Source: a virus (lineage: Duplodnaviria; Caudoviricetes). From it: DNA of 64,000 nucleotides. Positions 30,401 through 38,900 of this stretch are shown here, piece after piece (within the stretch, counting starts at the first letter, position 1; the number at the start of each line of letters is the position of its first letter). The stretch is taken from positions 1 to 64,000 of the IMG/VR virus record IMGVR_UViG_3300033984_000268; one strand, given 5' to 3'. The translations under genes and the position numbers were made by a program. The notes under the pieces are model-generated. The model worked only from the letters and a program-made list of their open reading frames with translations. It ran no database searches and had not been told where the DNA came from.

Positions 30401-32956
30401 AAATATACCATTTTGCGAATTCTCATCTGTATTATCCATAGCATTAACACCTTCGGTAACAAATTCAGTAAACAATGCCTGCATTGAGTCCATTACTAAA
30501 TGTGTTTCTTCTAATGAAAAATTAAGTTCTTTTTGTAATTCAGCTGATTGATATACAGCATGTGAATCTCTACTGCTAAATTTAGAAACATCAATGTTAC
30601 CTTCATACAAGTTATTAAACATTGCATTCGTTACACCTTGAACACGATTTAATGCTATTGCATCAGATAGACGCATGTTACCAAACAACCCTTTTAAAAG
30701 ATTAGATATTTTTTCAAAGAATTGTGATACTCTTGCTGAAAGTTTATTTGAATACTTTCCTTTTGACATAGCAAACTTACGGAACTCTTCAGCCAAATAT
30801 TCTTCAAGTTCTAATTCATTTGCATTTGCAAAAGCAAGTCTTTTTTCAACACCTTTAACTGTTACATCAAAGTATCCAGGTTTGTTTTTTAATTCAGCAT
30901 ACATGTCATTTCTTTCTACCGCAGTAAGTATTCCCATACTATATGCGTGAAATGATTCGTGGTATAAATCTGTTTTGCTAGAACCCAAATACATATTAAT
31001 TGAATTACCCACAAACTCTGCTAAAAAGTTTGGACCAAATTCATGAATTTCGTCTGAAAAATTTACTTTCAGTACACGCAATAATGGATTAGTTTTCATC
31101 CATGCATCTGCACGCAATTCTTGTGCTTCAGAAACAGATTCTCTATTTTGAGATGCAAGTGATTGAAATAAACTTTTTCCTTTATAACTTTCTTTTACAG
31201 TATCAAGAACATCTATATTAGCTACAACGTCTTCAACCTGTTCAGTGAATGAAAGGTATGGATCAGACGCTTTAAGTTCATTCTGATTGTTTAAATTATA
31301 TACAGTCGAACCAATTTCAATAGCATTTTCTAATACCGTAGTAAGTTTTGTTTTAATTACACCATCTTCAATACCAGTTATAACATGTATTAAACTATCA
31401 GGTGTTGATGATGGTTTTAAAACAAAATTTACAACAGGTGATTTTGAAATATAAAGTTGACCGTTATTGTAATATAATTGTTCAGATGCAGTTGTTTGTT
31501 CCAAAGAATCAAAAATCTTTACGTCAGATATATCTCCTTTTTTTGCATAAGGAACTCCAGTTTTTGTATAAACAAAAGTTCGCAATGCTTCTTTAATATC
31601 AGAAAAATTTTCTTCTTTTATTTCAAATAAAACATTTTGAATATAGACATGAGGTAAAGACTTTTTACCACCTTCTGGTGTAAAGAATTCAGTATATACT
31701 TGTTCTTTTGAACGCTGCACCAAACTTGTTAAAAGTTCATTTCTTTTTACTGTAGATTCAGCCCATACTTTATCATCTTCATTTTCTTTTGTTGTTGTAA
31801 CAGTTGGTTTAAGATTTACAATTAACTCATATATTGCATCAAACTGCTCATTGGATATTTCACTTAAAAGTTTACTATGAATTCTAATTGGTTTGTTAGA
31901 ACCCTCTGCATTCATTTGTAACCAATAAGCTTTATCTTTTTTACCAATAGAGAATTTTAATTTAGCCAAGTTTGCTATGGACTTTAATGAATTTCTTTTA
32001 TTAAGGTTATATACCATAACCCCATGATCACTATTCTTGTAATCAATATCTAAAAGAATTGTTTTACCATCTGTAATTCTTTGTTTGATTCGCTCAATTG
32101 ATTTTAAATAATTGTCAATTTTAGTTTCAATGATACGAGTGGCTTCCTCTATAGGAACAGCGTTATTTTCTGCATAGATTGCAGGCAGTTGTTCCGATTG
32201 TCTTTGGAATTGATGTTTCTCTGTTTTAATTTTCATTACAGGAGAACTTCCTGTTTCAGAAACATTTCCAGCTTGATTGAATTTTACAATATTTCCTTTT
32301 GCATCAGTAAACAATAAAACTACAGCGCCATCTTTTATTTTAGAATATTCAGAAACAACATCTGTTTTTGATAAAACATCCTGGCTTTTAAACGCTCTTA
32401 ATTTTAAATCTGATGTTGGTGAATTTAAAATAGATAGTTGAACACTTTGTCTGAATTGAGAAATTCTTTTTTGTTCTGGTGTAGATGGAACATCTGATAA
32501 CTCTAAATTTAAGTTATAGGTTTTGTTGAACTCTGAAGACATTGCATCAAATCCTTCATGTATATTAACAACCGGAGGAAGTTGGTTAACCCCTCCGACC
32601 ATTTTACCAAGTTGGTTAATGATGTTTGGAAACTCTCCATTTTCATTAACACTAGCTTCAATGATTCCATCACGTAATGCTTTAATGTTAAGAAATAAAT
32701 TTTCATTTTTTTTAGTCATTGGCGCATTCATGTGCGCATATAACATTTCAGGTGCAATCGTTAAATGCTGTAACACAATCTCTCTAGTCTTTTCTTTTGA
32801 AAAACCTAACTGTGGTTCAAAGTCAGACAACGCTTTGTTAAAAAGCATTGTCATCATTTGTTTTGCAGTAACATTTCCATCATAAAAACTTGGAATCTCT
32901 TTCTTAAAATAAGCAGCAAAAAGATTAATTGAATTCGGAGTAATACAAATATTCAT
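21434..32956 (-). CDS. virion-packaged single-chain DNA-dependent RNA polymerase (crAss-like, phi14:2 gp66 type) with extra domains
   Basis: 3840 aa; catalytic SGADYDIDK (DYDID at 26168-26182), upstream RIPTQG, plus KR...STG, DGQGWIT, HKYS and SGSK motifs; HESFH zincin motif. Confidence 0.88.
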   Translation of the reverse strand: MNICITPNSINLFAAYFKKEIPSFYDGNVTAKQMMTMLFNKALSDFEPQLGFSKEKTREIVLQHLTIAPEMLYAHMNAPMTKKNENLFLNIKALRDGIIEASVNENGEFPNIINQLGKMVGGVNQLPPVVNIHEGFDAMSSEFNKTYNLNLELSDVPSTPEQKRISQFRQSVQLSILNSPTSDLKLRAFKSQDVLSKTDVVSEYSKIKDGAVVLLFTDAKGNIVKFNQAGNVSETGSSPVMKIKTEKHQFQRQSEQLPAIYAENNAVPIEEATRIIETKIDNYLKSIERIKQRITDGKTILLDIDYKNSDHGVMVYNLNKRNSLKSIANLAKLKFSIGKKDKAYWLQMNAEGSNKPIRIHSKLLSEISNEQFDAIYELIVNLKPTVTTTKENEDDKVWAESTVKRNELLTSLVQRSKEQVYTEFFTPEGGKKSLPHVYIQNVLFEIKEENFSDIKEALRTFVYTKTGVPYAKKGDISDVKIFDSLEQTTASEQLYYNNGQLYISKSPVVNFVLKPSSTPDSLIHVITGIEDGVIKTKLTTVLENAIEIGSTVYNLNNQNELKASDPYLSFTEQVEDVVANIDVLDTVKESYKGKSLFQSLASQNRESVSEAQELRADAWMKTNPLLRVLKVNFSDEIHEFGPNFLAEFVGNSINMYLGSSKTDLYHESFHAYSMGILTAVERNDMYAELKNKPGYFDVTVKGVEKRLAFANANELELEEYLAEEFRKFAMSKGKYSNKLSARVSQFFEKISNLLKGLFGNMRLSDAIALNRVQGVTNAMFNNLYEGNIDVSKFSSRDSHAVYQSAELQKELNFSLEETHLVMDSMQALFTEFVTEGVNAMDNTDENSQNGIFAMTHLASINPITNKLEYEEAQAIVADFKKSYVDKYNGYGIFRIQNNPVLTQMGLDFVKKRLQQQVAIHKLTLEDEPNNLSAKFAVDTLNKAVQNFGNLDAIDTILTKQDSYGDMASLFINEYSYVNTEKEKYEDDERVIFERTGAEFSISELVDDQTKQLLSTISSYSKNGKGTLEVNALGFAKLAPFKTMLAKTAKLLTNTLDRDDMYQKLVAASLTDFQIKELVAKLGNPGSPSSTFEEQNQWLAFWQSLNKADVLLREQIIEKTVTYTNEEKDENFVESRTTSHSGRTAASETFIKNDWNDNFTSLLEIIGERKEQGENKFSPYTLNLKSFFENKNHSKFLKEVHASVDSGSSISKDDYKKLSKTNQKQFSPTATLRAYAEPVEFLKLFGINISDDPIVKQILKEGSADLKIEPREYAYFVDFLIKKQDAINGVAIRSLSDLAKDFYYYEDGVRIDEIGKAGFINSLIKLHSMYSSDSTSFMSMTAYGEKASEKVLNSSLTVEVQALNKANHYDELIAMQGMSKFNYLENPSVAGSKWFVDMFQLDHFNPTVRGKRNPGIRISVENLSGSKLIHTVRRVDSDGRLIDMTSEDKGISSIGSDEKTKFLSDVLLTLDGAQEIPRTEAKSSSLTVLANQMRNNSIVGGKTKELIVNAQDIDAIFTDGYAGSILSNEMIGHLEAELIRMVRLEKLEQEILIDPENFAIDFKYFERGKSFFLFDDILDVDTKNELLKLARSLSIDELQSFNIRKQFSSKLKKNIESNLKSYFSKKAETLNKLKSDTVFPDELIEKYKSTTVEDESISDTKRRIFRAHIVNNFIQNTNYTSLFLGDLALYNIEGGDFHKRNAGMISTGKIFASDESFKNFVNNNAQFNNFGYAKQLGIERDYQYTGDLKTAILDESKVPSSYLEELEKKLGKETAATYNDMEEADGQGWITFDTYRLLNISCGEWSSGQEALYKKIVKGETIEQTDMSSTFPVKKFQYYGPLSTTDKFKSMNLGLTAFHKYSLAPLIPNEIAGTKLEGLHKSMMEQGIDYATMQSGSKLSTLSRVDVVTNADGKKVIVKKPDTFYKKDRSIDAELQFVPNIISVKHLKNQVFIDEGYKEKVVLPTQMKKMILHGIADNGVPMDYLKDDANRISKWKAIKTEKERLAASKNYGWYKEYTDILTTYRDHIKEDLLENIDYQYNPATGTYEGDSTKLADYIKREMIKNDYLPHEVSFLTDASGRLVDDLSYSLNSQKIEEIVVTLIDSSLRKIKVNGEALVQVSGAMYESSDMEADANGTNGLKFYESRDEDGSLTFAMEVKISLQGDFKKLLYADHPDKKSIRVLNKKGVMDYDASLKRLNESIKDPEWNAKHKALLNFPGTRIPTQGPNALDSVTVAEFLPEYSGAKVILPSEIVAKSGADYDIDKMFFLYPSISIINSKPELNNYYGRDTGAYDRYAAEYTDFYESNITPLEKELSAVYDESEKLFKDQTVAFEKAELYQPALDLLYPERKKYKEQYDELRKTGIYLGTKLGKAAANEYKELLQAEYDKISTQIDSINTLRDGIFLQYVGTLSTELSAKFENFKKQKASIKKQIAAQKEIGAELERKKVGHSVKGLENKLVDLFNRKILAKDNFVDLVTPNTTRDVLPIANALETKITAGKYDKLEKIHADKSDSISRTTVMDYLYNLQKHQENSVGMESLGIAAVVSTFFAMFSTFDSRLNTAKTEDLEKFNDDIKIYNDPKSNGARKAKALENINNFKAYTLKLNHNEIDGRISVGSRYAKDGKLTADIISQLINGYVDVGKNAWVFNIQGNKENTPNLLFMVMAGVPINDAIYISSNPLTIRYNTIKKELSGTYSKLNENNPIGKSLSPDAIREEALDILKKEYEKELFDAGYEKHSFFGINNVASNNSIFETNFLEGRIGSSTVNKDDIEIFAQYVALEELSADVTKFSQVSKYDTTKISNITDAEKNIADVSKLKSVHSAIPAEWWTKFETSPIGIYNNTNLVINMFKNFFKIKNNPVVNRLALSLNGGNKKGILPIVLRNAFKNDLMWFLYQNSVYRTDTYTSASRIGESNATFDLVKDKNLTTTYKIDRSNGKVYYNLGAVKNEIMQDGHVSHLFDSINSPVEYVKYKIELELLKDEIQNEYGRFDALTDLSEIEIERKNLELEGATEKELDAVDAKMKPIQDKLDAIDSQIRENFYYYSYKKEKFGNELPMDDLLKLEALYRTKTPGMLFDKEVGLVGIFKAMKAKHADAFSEFSLIQDMKFDTENKSEGTRKSNFYLPEKADPILTKVYLENLTKLQNFPDPAVKEFFSKNAFEHMIFMQSGMNTAAKYYLGKLITTNNVKNVIDSTFSSAGLTQSLNEIAKKNEKEKKIAKAVGGVVGKFYNAFNNMAVSVYKLRNRGYNYVQPETMSLSIEQEYLNSVQTYNNITLVENILAVDPSEMTPFDMSEIFDEKDTATKIKEKIIALSGKKLAMPNQILDVPNKNIAVSSWNKLLLEYFGFNNYGDHPVLVAKALNAVAGGLSIAESKNRKDNHWVKDESMANNSTKAIATPSESNPNYVARSSTRNYIDVINQTNKKAFDNKYKSTDSVWIFGAGLFKSAYEGLTDLKGYTDIVTADFKKHYEPKITKAIEAGVKTFNVGSANGIDEMALKFLEEKGYTKVVRYSPLGKYYEVVKSLEGVSSPMYDVTLGVKSGRKIGIDNYIYHITGLNLFKGLSEKQISEEGFKKVVVESKKYFAENPTYQNSFAIALSDFGRAAINIGSSVSDSFIEQYLMQVAIPFAKNKIASITQVNTQKVYEPKISSETLKIMKVADLREAHNKGDVLYTMRVSQAQAASAQFGFKGLDENKHFGNPFTGSNVEGQLKMKNVDEASMAYEEWLDGQDLFEDKFGNTIDLTYQKERRDWINSTIDRLKAKETKTVLGYSNSQNEAFSHASILDERINGVKADKPKTLTDNAQKLVEEFIDLKSNIPLEEFKVLPLKEMKRVINDIKEC

Positions 32957-32957
32957 A

Positions 32958-35900
32958 TTATTTACATTGAGTTTTTAAAGTTTCAATAATGGAATCTTCC
33001 ACAAAAAGATCAGCCGCTACTGATGTGTCAAAGTTACTAAAAACATTTTGAAGCGCATCTTTAATAATCTTTCCTTTTTTAGTCGAAGGTTTTGTTTCAA
33101 ATGATTCCTTTTTTACAGGAACCTCTTCCGCAACCACATCCTTTATATTACTCAAAAAATTCAATATATCCAAGTTTTCAAGGTTCGAAGTTTCAACATT
33201 AAACACAGAAATTGTATTTTTTGTAGCAGACATTATCTTGTAACGCGCGCCATCTTTCATTAATACATCCTCTTTTGAAATTTCATTTGTATAAAATCCT
33301 TTTGATAATTTATCATCTACAAGAATGCTTTCAATTGTTGCAATTTGTTTATCAGAAAATTTAGAACTTTGTTGTGAAACATATTGATAAACACCAACAG
33401 CATAAGCTAAAGATGTAGCCATAGGCCCATTTTTAATTTTAGAAACAAACTCCTTTTGCAATGGATGTGTTTCGTATGCTTTTTGTGGTTCTTCTTTTAC
33501 ATTTTCTTTAATGAATGCATTAACTAAAACATTTAATTCTTGTTCAACTTTATCTTGCTCTGTTTTTTCTGCAAGACCTTCCATGAATAAATCACGTTTA
33601 GGTTCTTTCTTTGGAGCTTCTTCTTTTTCATACAACCCTTCTGCAACAGCACGATTATAAATTATACGTTCTGTTTCAGTTAAGTCTTCTATAGGACCAG
33701 TGTAACTACCAGTTTCAATAGTAAACAATTTAGAGTTATAGTATTCTTCCAAATATTTAAACTCATCCTCAATCATTTTTTGACCTTCTTCTGTAGAAAA
33801 GAAATCAATTTCTTCTGGCGTTCTTGGTTCCTCTTCAGTTGACAATACATCTTTCTCTTCAGTAACAAGTTTGTTTTCAATAATCTTGTTTTCTTTTTTG
33901 ACTGATGGTAACGCTACAGTTCCTTTCAGTTGTGCTTTTGTACCATGCTCAATCGAATATATTGTACCAATTGGTTTATAACCTTTCTTATTGATTATAC
34001 GAATACGATATGGATTCTTAACCTCAAGTAATTTTTTGTTTATTTCCGTAGCAATTACAGGAACCAACATTCCTTTTCGTTCCAGTTTGAAAAACAAATC
34101 AACCAGTTCTTTTGTAGCCAATACTTCATTTTCGCTGAATTTTATATTATCGCTAATACGTTTCTTTTCAGCAGTAACCTCACGTTTAAAATCACGCACA
34201 GATTTTGCAAAAGCTTCAGCTTCTTGTTTAAAAATCTTTGGATGGTAAATACTAATGAATCGACCAAGGGCTTTTCCGATTTTAACGGATACCGTTTTAA
34301 GTTTTCCTTTTGCATCTTCTTCCTGGAACTCTAATGTACCAGCAGTTAATGTATCCAAGTTTGTTGATGTACTTGTAGCTCTTTTCTTTTTACGATCTTT
34401 TTTACGTTGGAACTCTTCTTCAGCGTCCAACAGTTCCATAAATTCAGCTTCGTAACGTGCTTGTGCTTCATCATCAAGTTTTTGTTGTGCTTCCAATTCC
34501 ACTAGCATTTTCTTTTCAAAAATGAAATGAATTATTCCAGGAACATCTAATGCACGCTCTTTAAAAGCTTTAATCAAATCTTTACGTTCAGAATCTGTAA
34601 GAATTGATGTGTCGATTGTTAATCCAGATTTAGTTAACAAGTGATCCATTAACTCATCGTCAGACAATACATCTTTTACAGGTTTATCTTTACGTTCTTT
34701 ACGTTCAGCTTCTACACGTGCAGCATTATCTTTTTGAGCTTGAGTTACAGCTTTTGCATTTTGATTGTATTCTACAATAGCATCAATAAAGTCTTTGTGA
34801 CCATCTTTGATGTATCGATTAATTACATTCATTTCCGACTCTGTTATGTTACCATGCGATTTTCCAAACACGTTTGCCATAGCATATTGTAGCGTCAATG
34901 GAAATTGTTGATATGGTACGTTTTGATCATATATCAATGAACCATCTGCATTGTAATTAAAGTCATCTTCACTATATTCGATTGGTTCTAAAGAAGAATC
35001 TACAGGAGTATCTGTTACAACATTTGTAGTAGGAGAAACACTAACAGGTAATGCATCTAATTCTTGTTGTAATTGCTTTCTTTCGATAAGCAGTTTAGTA
35101 CGTTCGGAGTTAAGCGATGTAATCTCACGACTCTTCGTTATAGTACCACTAGACAACTTACCAGCTATGTTATTAACCATAGCATCAATATTTCTAATTC
35201 GGTTCTGCAAATCAGCTCTTTCTTCAGTAGTATCATTTACTTCTTCAAAAGGCGTTTCAGTTTCCGTTTCTTCAGTTTCTTCAGTTTCCGTAGTAGGTGC
35301 AATGAAATCAGAAATAATCTCAACCGCATCAGGTTTAATGTTAGCATCGGACCAAAATTCAAATTGAGTTCGGTCTTTTACTATCATCGTTGCTAACTCA
35401 TCTACCGTTGTTAAAAAATCAAGTTCATCAACAAAAGCCACTTGTTGATTACCCATCATCTTTTTAAACATTCTTTGAAAGAACTCTTTAAGTTTTTGTA
35501 AGAAATTACGATTAAGTTTTTGATTTATAACTCTACCAGCTGCAATATCAAACGCTCTTGCAACTAACTCATGGTGATATTGTCTTGTTCCAAGTTCTTG
35601 TTCTGTACCATATACTTGAATTACATATTCACGAATAGAATCATCACTAATAGCATTTGCTACTAACTGACCATATAAGTCAACATTATTCCTTTCAGCA
35701 TCAACAAGGAATGGATGCAAGAACATCTCATGCAACATGGTTGTTTCATTCACATTATCAGCAACGATGTATGCAGTATTAGTGTTTTCATCATAGAAAC
35801 CAGCAGTATTAGCATCATCTAATTGAAAGAATATGTTTGAAACAGCTTCTATACCATCCTGTAAATTATCTGCATTTCTAGTTAACCAGTCTATCACAGG

Positions 35901-38900
35901 ACCTAATTGACCAGCTTCATACGCAGTCAAGTCTTTTAAGTTCTCAATCAATTCAGAAATAGATTCAGACTTATTATACACGTCACGTAACAACTGACTT
36001 AATGCAGGTGAATCAAATGATTTTCTTAATTCAATTACTCTGTCATTAACACCGTATCCACGAACAGCTTCAAATAATATATCAGCAAATTTTTGATGCA
36101 TTGGATTTTTAAGACTATCTACTATCTTTTTAGCAACGTCTGTTGACGTAACAATTGATACATTGGTTCCAAATTGCTTATTCAGCTTTCTGGCCATCTT
36201 TTCAAGATCCTTTAATCTCTTTACTTCAGTTTTAGATTTAGCGTTAGTAGAGGTACTTAATTTACGTTCTTTTTTAGGTTTAGTTTTTTCATCTTCAATC
36301 TGTACATCTATAGCTCCTGGTATATCCAATGCTTGAGATGCTATGTTAATACCACGATCAAGCATTGTTCCATTAAGCGCAGACTCTTTGCTCAATGATG
36401 TCTTAACCATAATCATCATGTTTGTCCATAGAGAACGACGAGAAGAACTAACTTCATCTTTAACTTGAGCTAAAGTTGCTTGTAATGATTTATTATTTAA
36501 TACTTCTATTATAAATTCTTCTACATTATTAAACATGGATAGTCCTTCTACATTCGCTGTAGGAACAGTTTTCAAAAACAACGCTTTGGTTTGTTCCATC
36601 ATACGTGTAGCAGTAGCTTTCAATGTAGCATTGTCTTCAATGTTTCCGGCAATTTTTTCTTGAACTATTGCAGAAATAACTAAATTTTCAAACGATACCT
36701 GCGCATCTTTAAATTCAGAAGAAGCATATCGAATATCAATGTAAACAACATCTCCTACTTTCATTACAGGAGCTTCCGCATTATCAGTAAAAATAAGTTT
36801 TGCTTTTGTAGCACTAACTGCTTTTAATAATTCACGTTCAGTGTTTGATAAGTCTTTGTTGGAAATTAATTTATTTAAAAACGCATCGCCTTCTTTTTCA
36901 TTCAAATCAATCATCTGATTTAAAGTAAGGCCATATTGTTTAAGAATGTCTTTTGATTTACGAGTGTCTGTTTTAGAACGTGAATTTTTTCTAGCCAATC
37001 CATCTTTACCACCAGTAATAACTTTACCAGTTAAGTTTTTATAGAATCCTTCAACAACACCCTGTGCATATTTTAATTGTGCGTCAGTAGCTTCTTTTTG
37101 AGTCGCAATGTCATAAAACCTAGAAGGCATGATTCCTTTTTTCACAAGGTCATCCAGTTCAGTTAAACTGAAATAAACACCTTTTTCCGCCAACATCTGC
37201 ATCATCTTGCTTGACTCTTTTCGAACTTGGAATGCTTCTAAAGAGTTACTGATGTGCTGTGTCTTGTTATCAAGAATATGATTAAGAACTTTTTCCTGTT
37301 CAGCAATAAAGTTTCCTGCATACGTTGGATCAGACAAAGTGTTTGCAAGTTTTTTAAATGCCTTACCTTCTTTTGTTAGATTAATGTGGTCATATACTGA
37401 ATCAAATGTACGATTAGCAAGTGCACGTTGTTCTTCTTTTGATAAACCACTTGTTTGATCAAATGATGCTAATACGTCAACGTATGCATCAAACATATCA
37501 TTATGATCACCTTCATTAAATTCACCTACTTCTGCTTTTTCAATTTTATCAACAGATTCTTTATATTTTTTTAATGCTGCAAGTTTAACAACAGCTTTAT
37601 CATAGTCACGTTTAGCTGTACCTTTTAAATCTAATCCTTTGCTTCCTTCTACTTGTGTTTCTAACACTTCAATGTTTGTGTTCAATGAACTAGAATCCAA
37701 TAATGAATCACGTTCAATTGTAGAAAGATTTAAAGACTTGCTTAATTTTTCATCCATTGCTTTATTTCTGTCCGCAATAGATTGAATGTTTACATTCGAA
37801 ACAAGCATTTCTTTTTTAAGATTTTCAAATGCATGGTATCTAACTATATTAGCTCTATAGTCCTTATCTGATGGACGTAAATCACTAACCGTAATTGGAT
37901 TAATCATTTCATTTTGAATCTTGTCATACTGATCTTTATGTTCATTTACACGATCCGCTTTCTGTACAAGTTTAGCTCTAAAAGCTGCAGCATTTTGTTC
38001 AGTAATATCAGTTCTATTAAAAGCTTGATTTAATTCTTGAGGTGTTGCATCTTTAGCCATGCCTTTCAAATGTTTTACAAAATCATCTTGCAAATCATTA
38101 TCAAACATAGTTTGTAGTTGAAGACCAAACGCTTCTTGTTTTAAATCTTCAAGTTCTTTTGTATTACCGTTTTGAACCGCTTCTAGTATTTTATCCTGGA
38201 TAGCCTTTTGTGCAAAGACTGGTTTTTTAATTTCCTGTAGGAAGGCGTGTTCATTTTTGATAAAAGCATTTAATAATTCAGCTTTAGCTTGAATTTGTTT
38301 GAACTGCGAATCTTTATCTTTTTTATACTGATCACGATTAAATGCAGCATTGTATAATGTTTTGTTACCACCACCTTGAGTAAAATCAAACATTAAACTT
38401 TGCGCTGTATTAATTGGGCCCATAAAACCACCTATCAAAGCACCACCCAAAAATGTTTCCAATCCTGCAGGTTTTCCTTGATTATCAGCATTCATTACCC
38501 ATTTTCCATTTACTTTAACTTTACCATGAAATAAAGAATTGTATGAACGATCAAAGTCTTCTGATAAAACATCCCATTGAGAACCACGTAACTGACGTTC
38601 TTGCTCTGTCTTACCGTAATAATATTTACTTGTGTTTGAAATCAAGTCTTGACCAAGTTCTTGCGAACCTTCAGATACACCACTTAATGCAAATTGGCCC
38701 CAGTATTCAGCAGCACCACGTCCACCACGTCCACCAAAAGCAACAAGTTTTCCACCAATGTATCCTGGTTGACGAGCAACAACATTAAATCCAGCCTTTC
38801 CAATTTTATTTAATTTAAAAGCTCTGCTTAAAGCTTTTTCGCTTGTAAACATGTTATCAAGACCTAAAGCATTTGTTGCATAAATTAAACCAAAATTTGC

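Noticed and set aside
6363-32956. Inteins or group I introns in the polymerase, helicase or RNAP genes
   Set aside because: Reading frames are continuous, and no intein splice-junction or LAGLIDADG/HNH motifs were recognised
35255-35295. ETEETEETETET microrepeat
   Set aside because: Short low-complexity linker in a giant protein with no sign of a separate function
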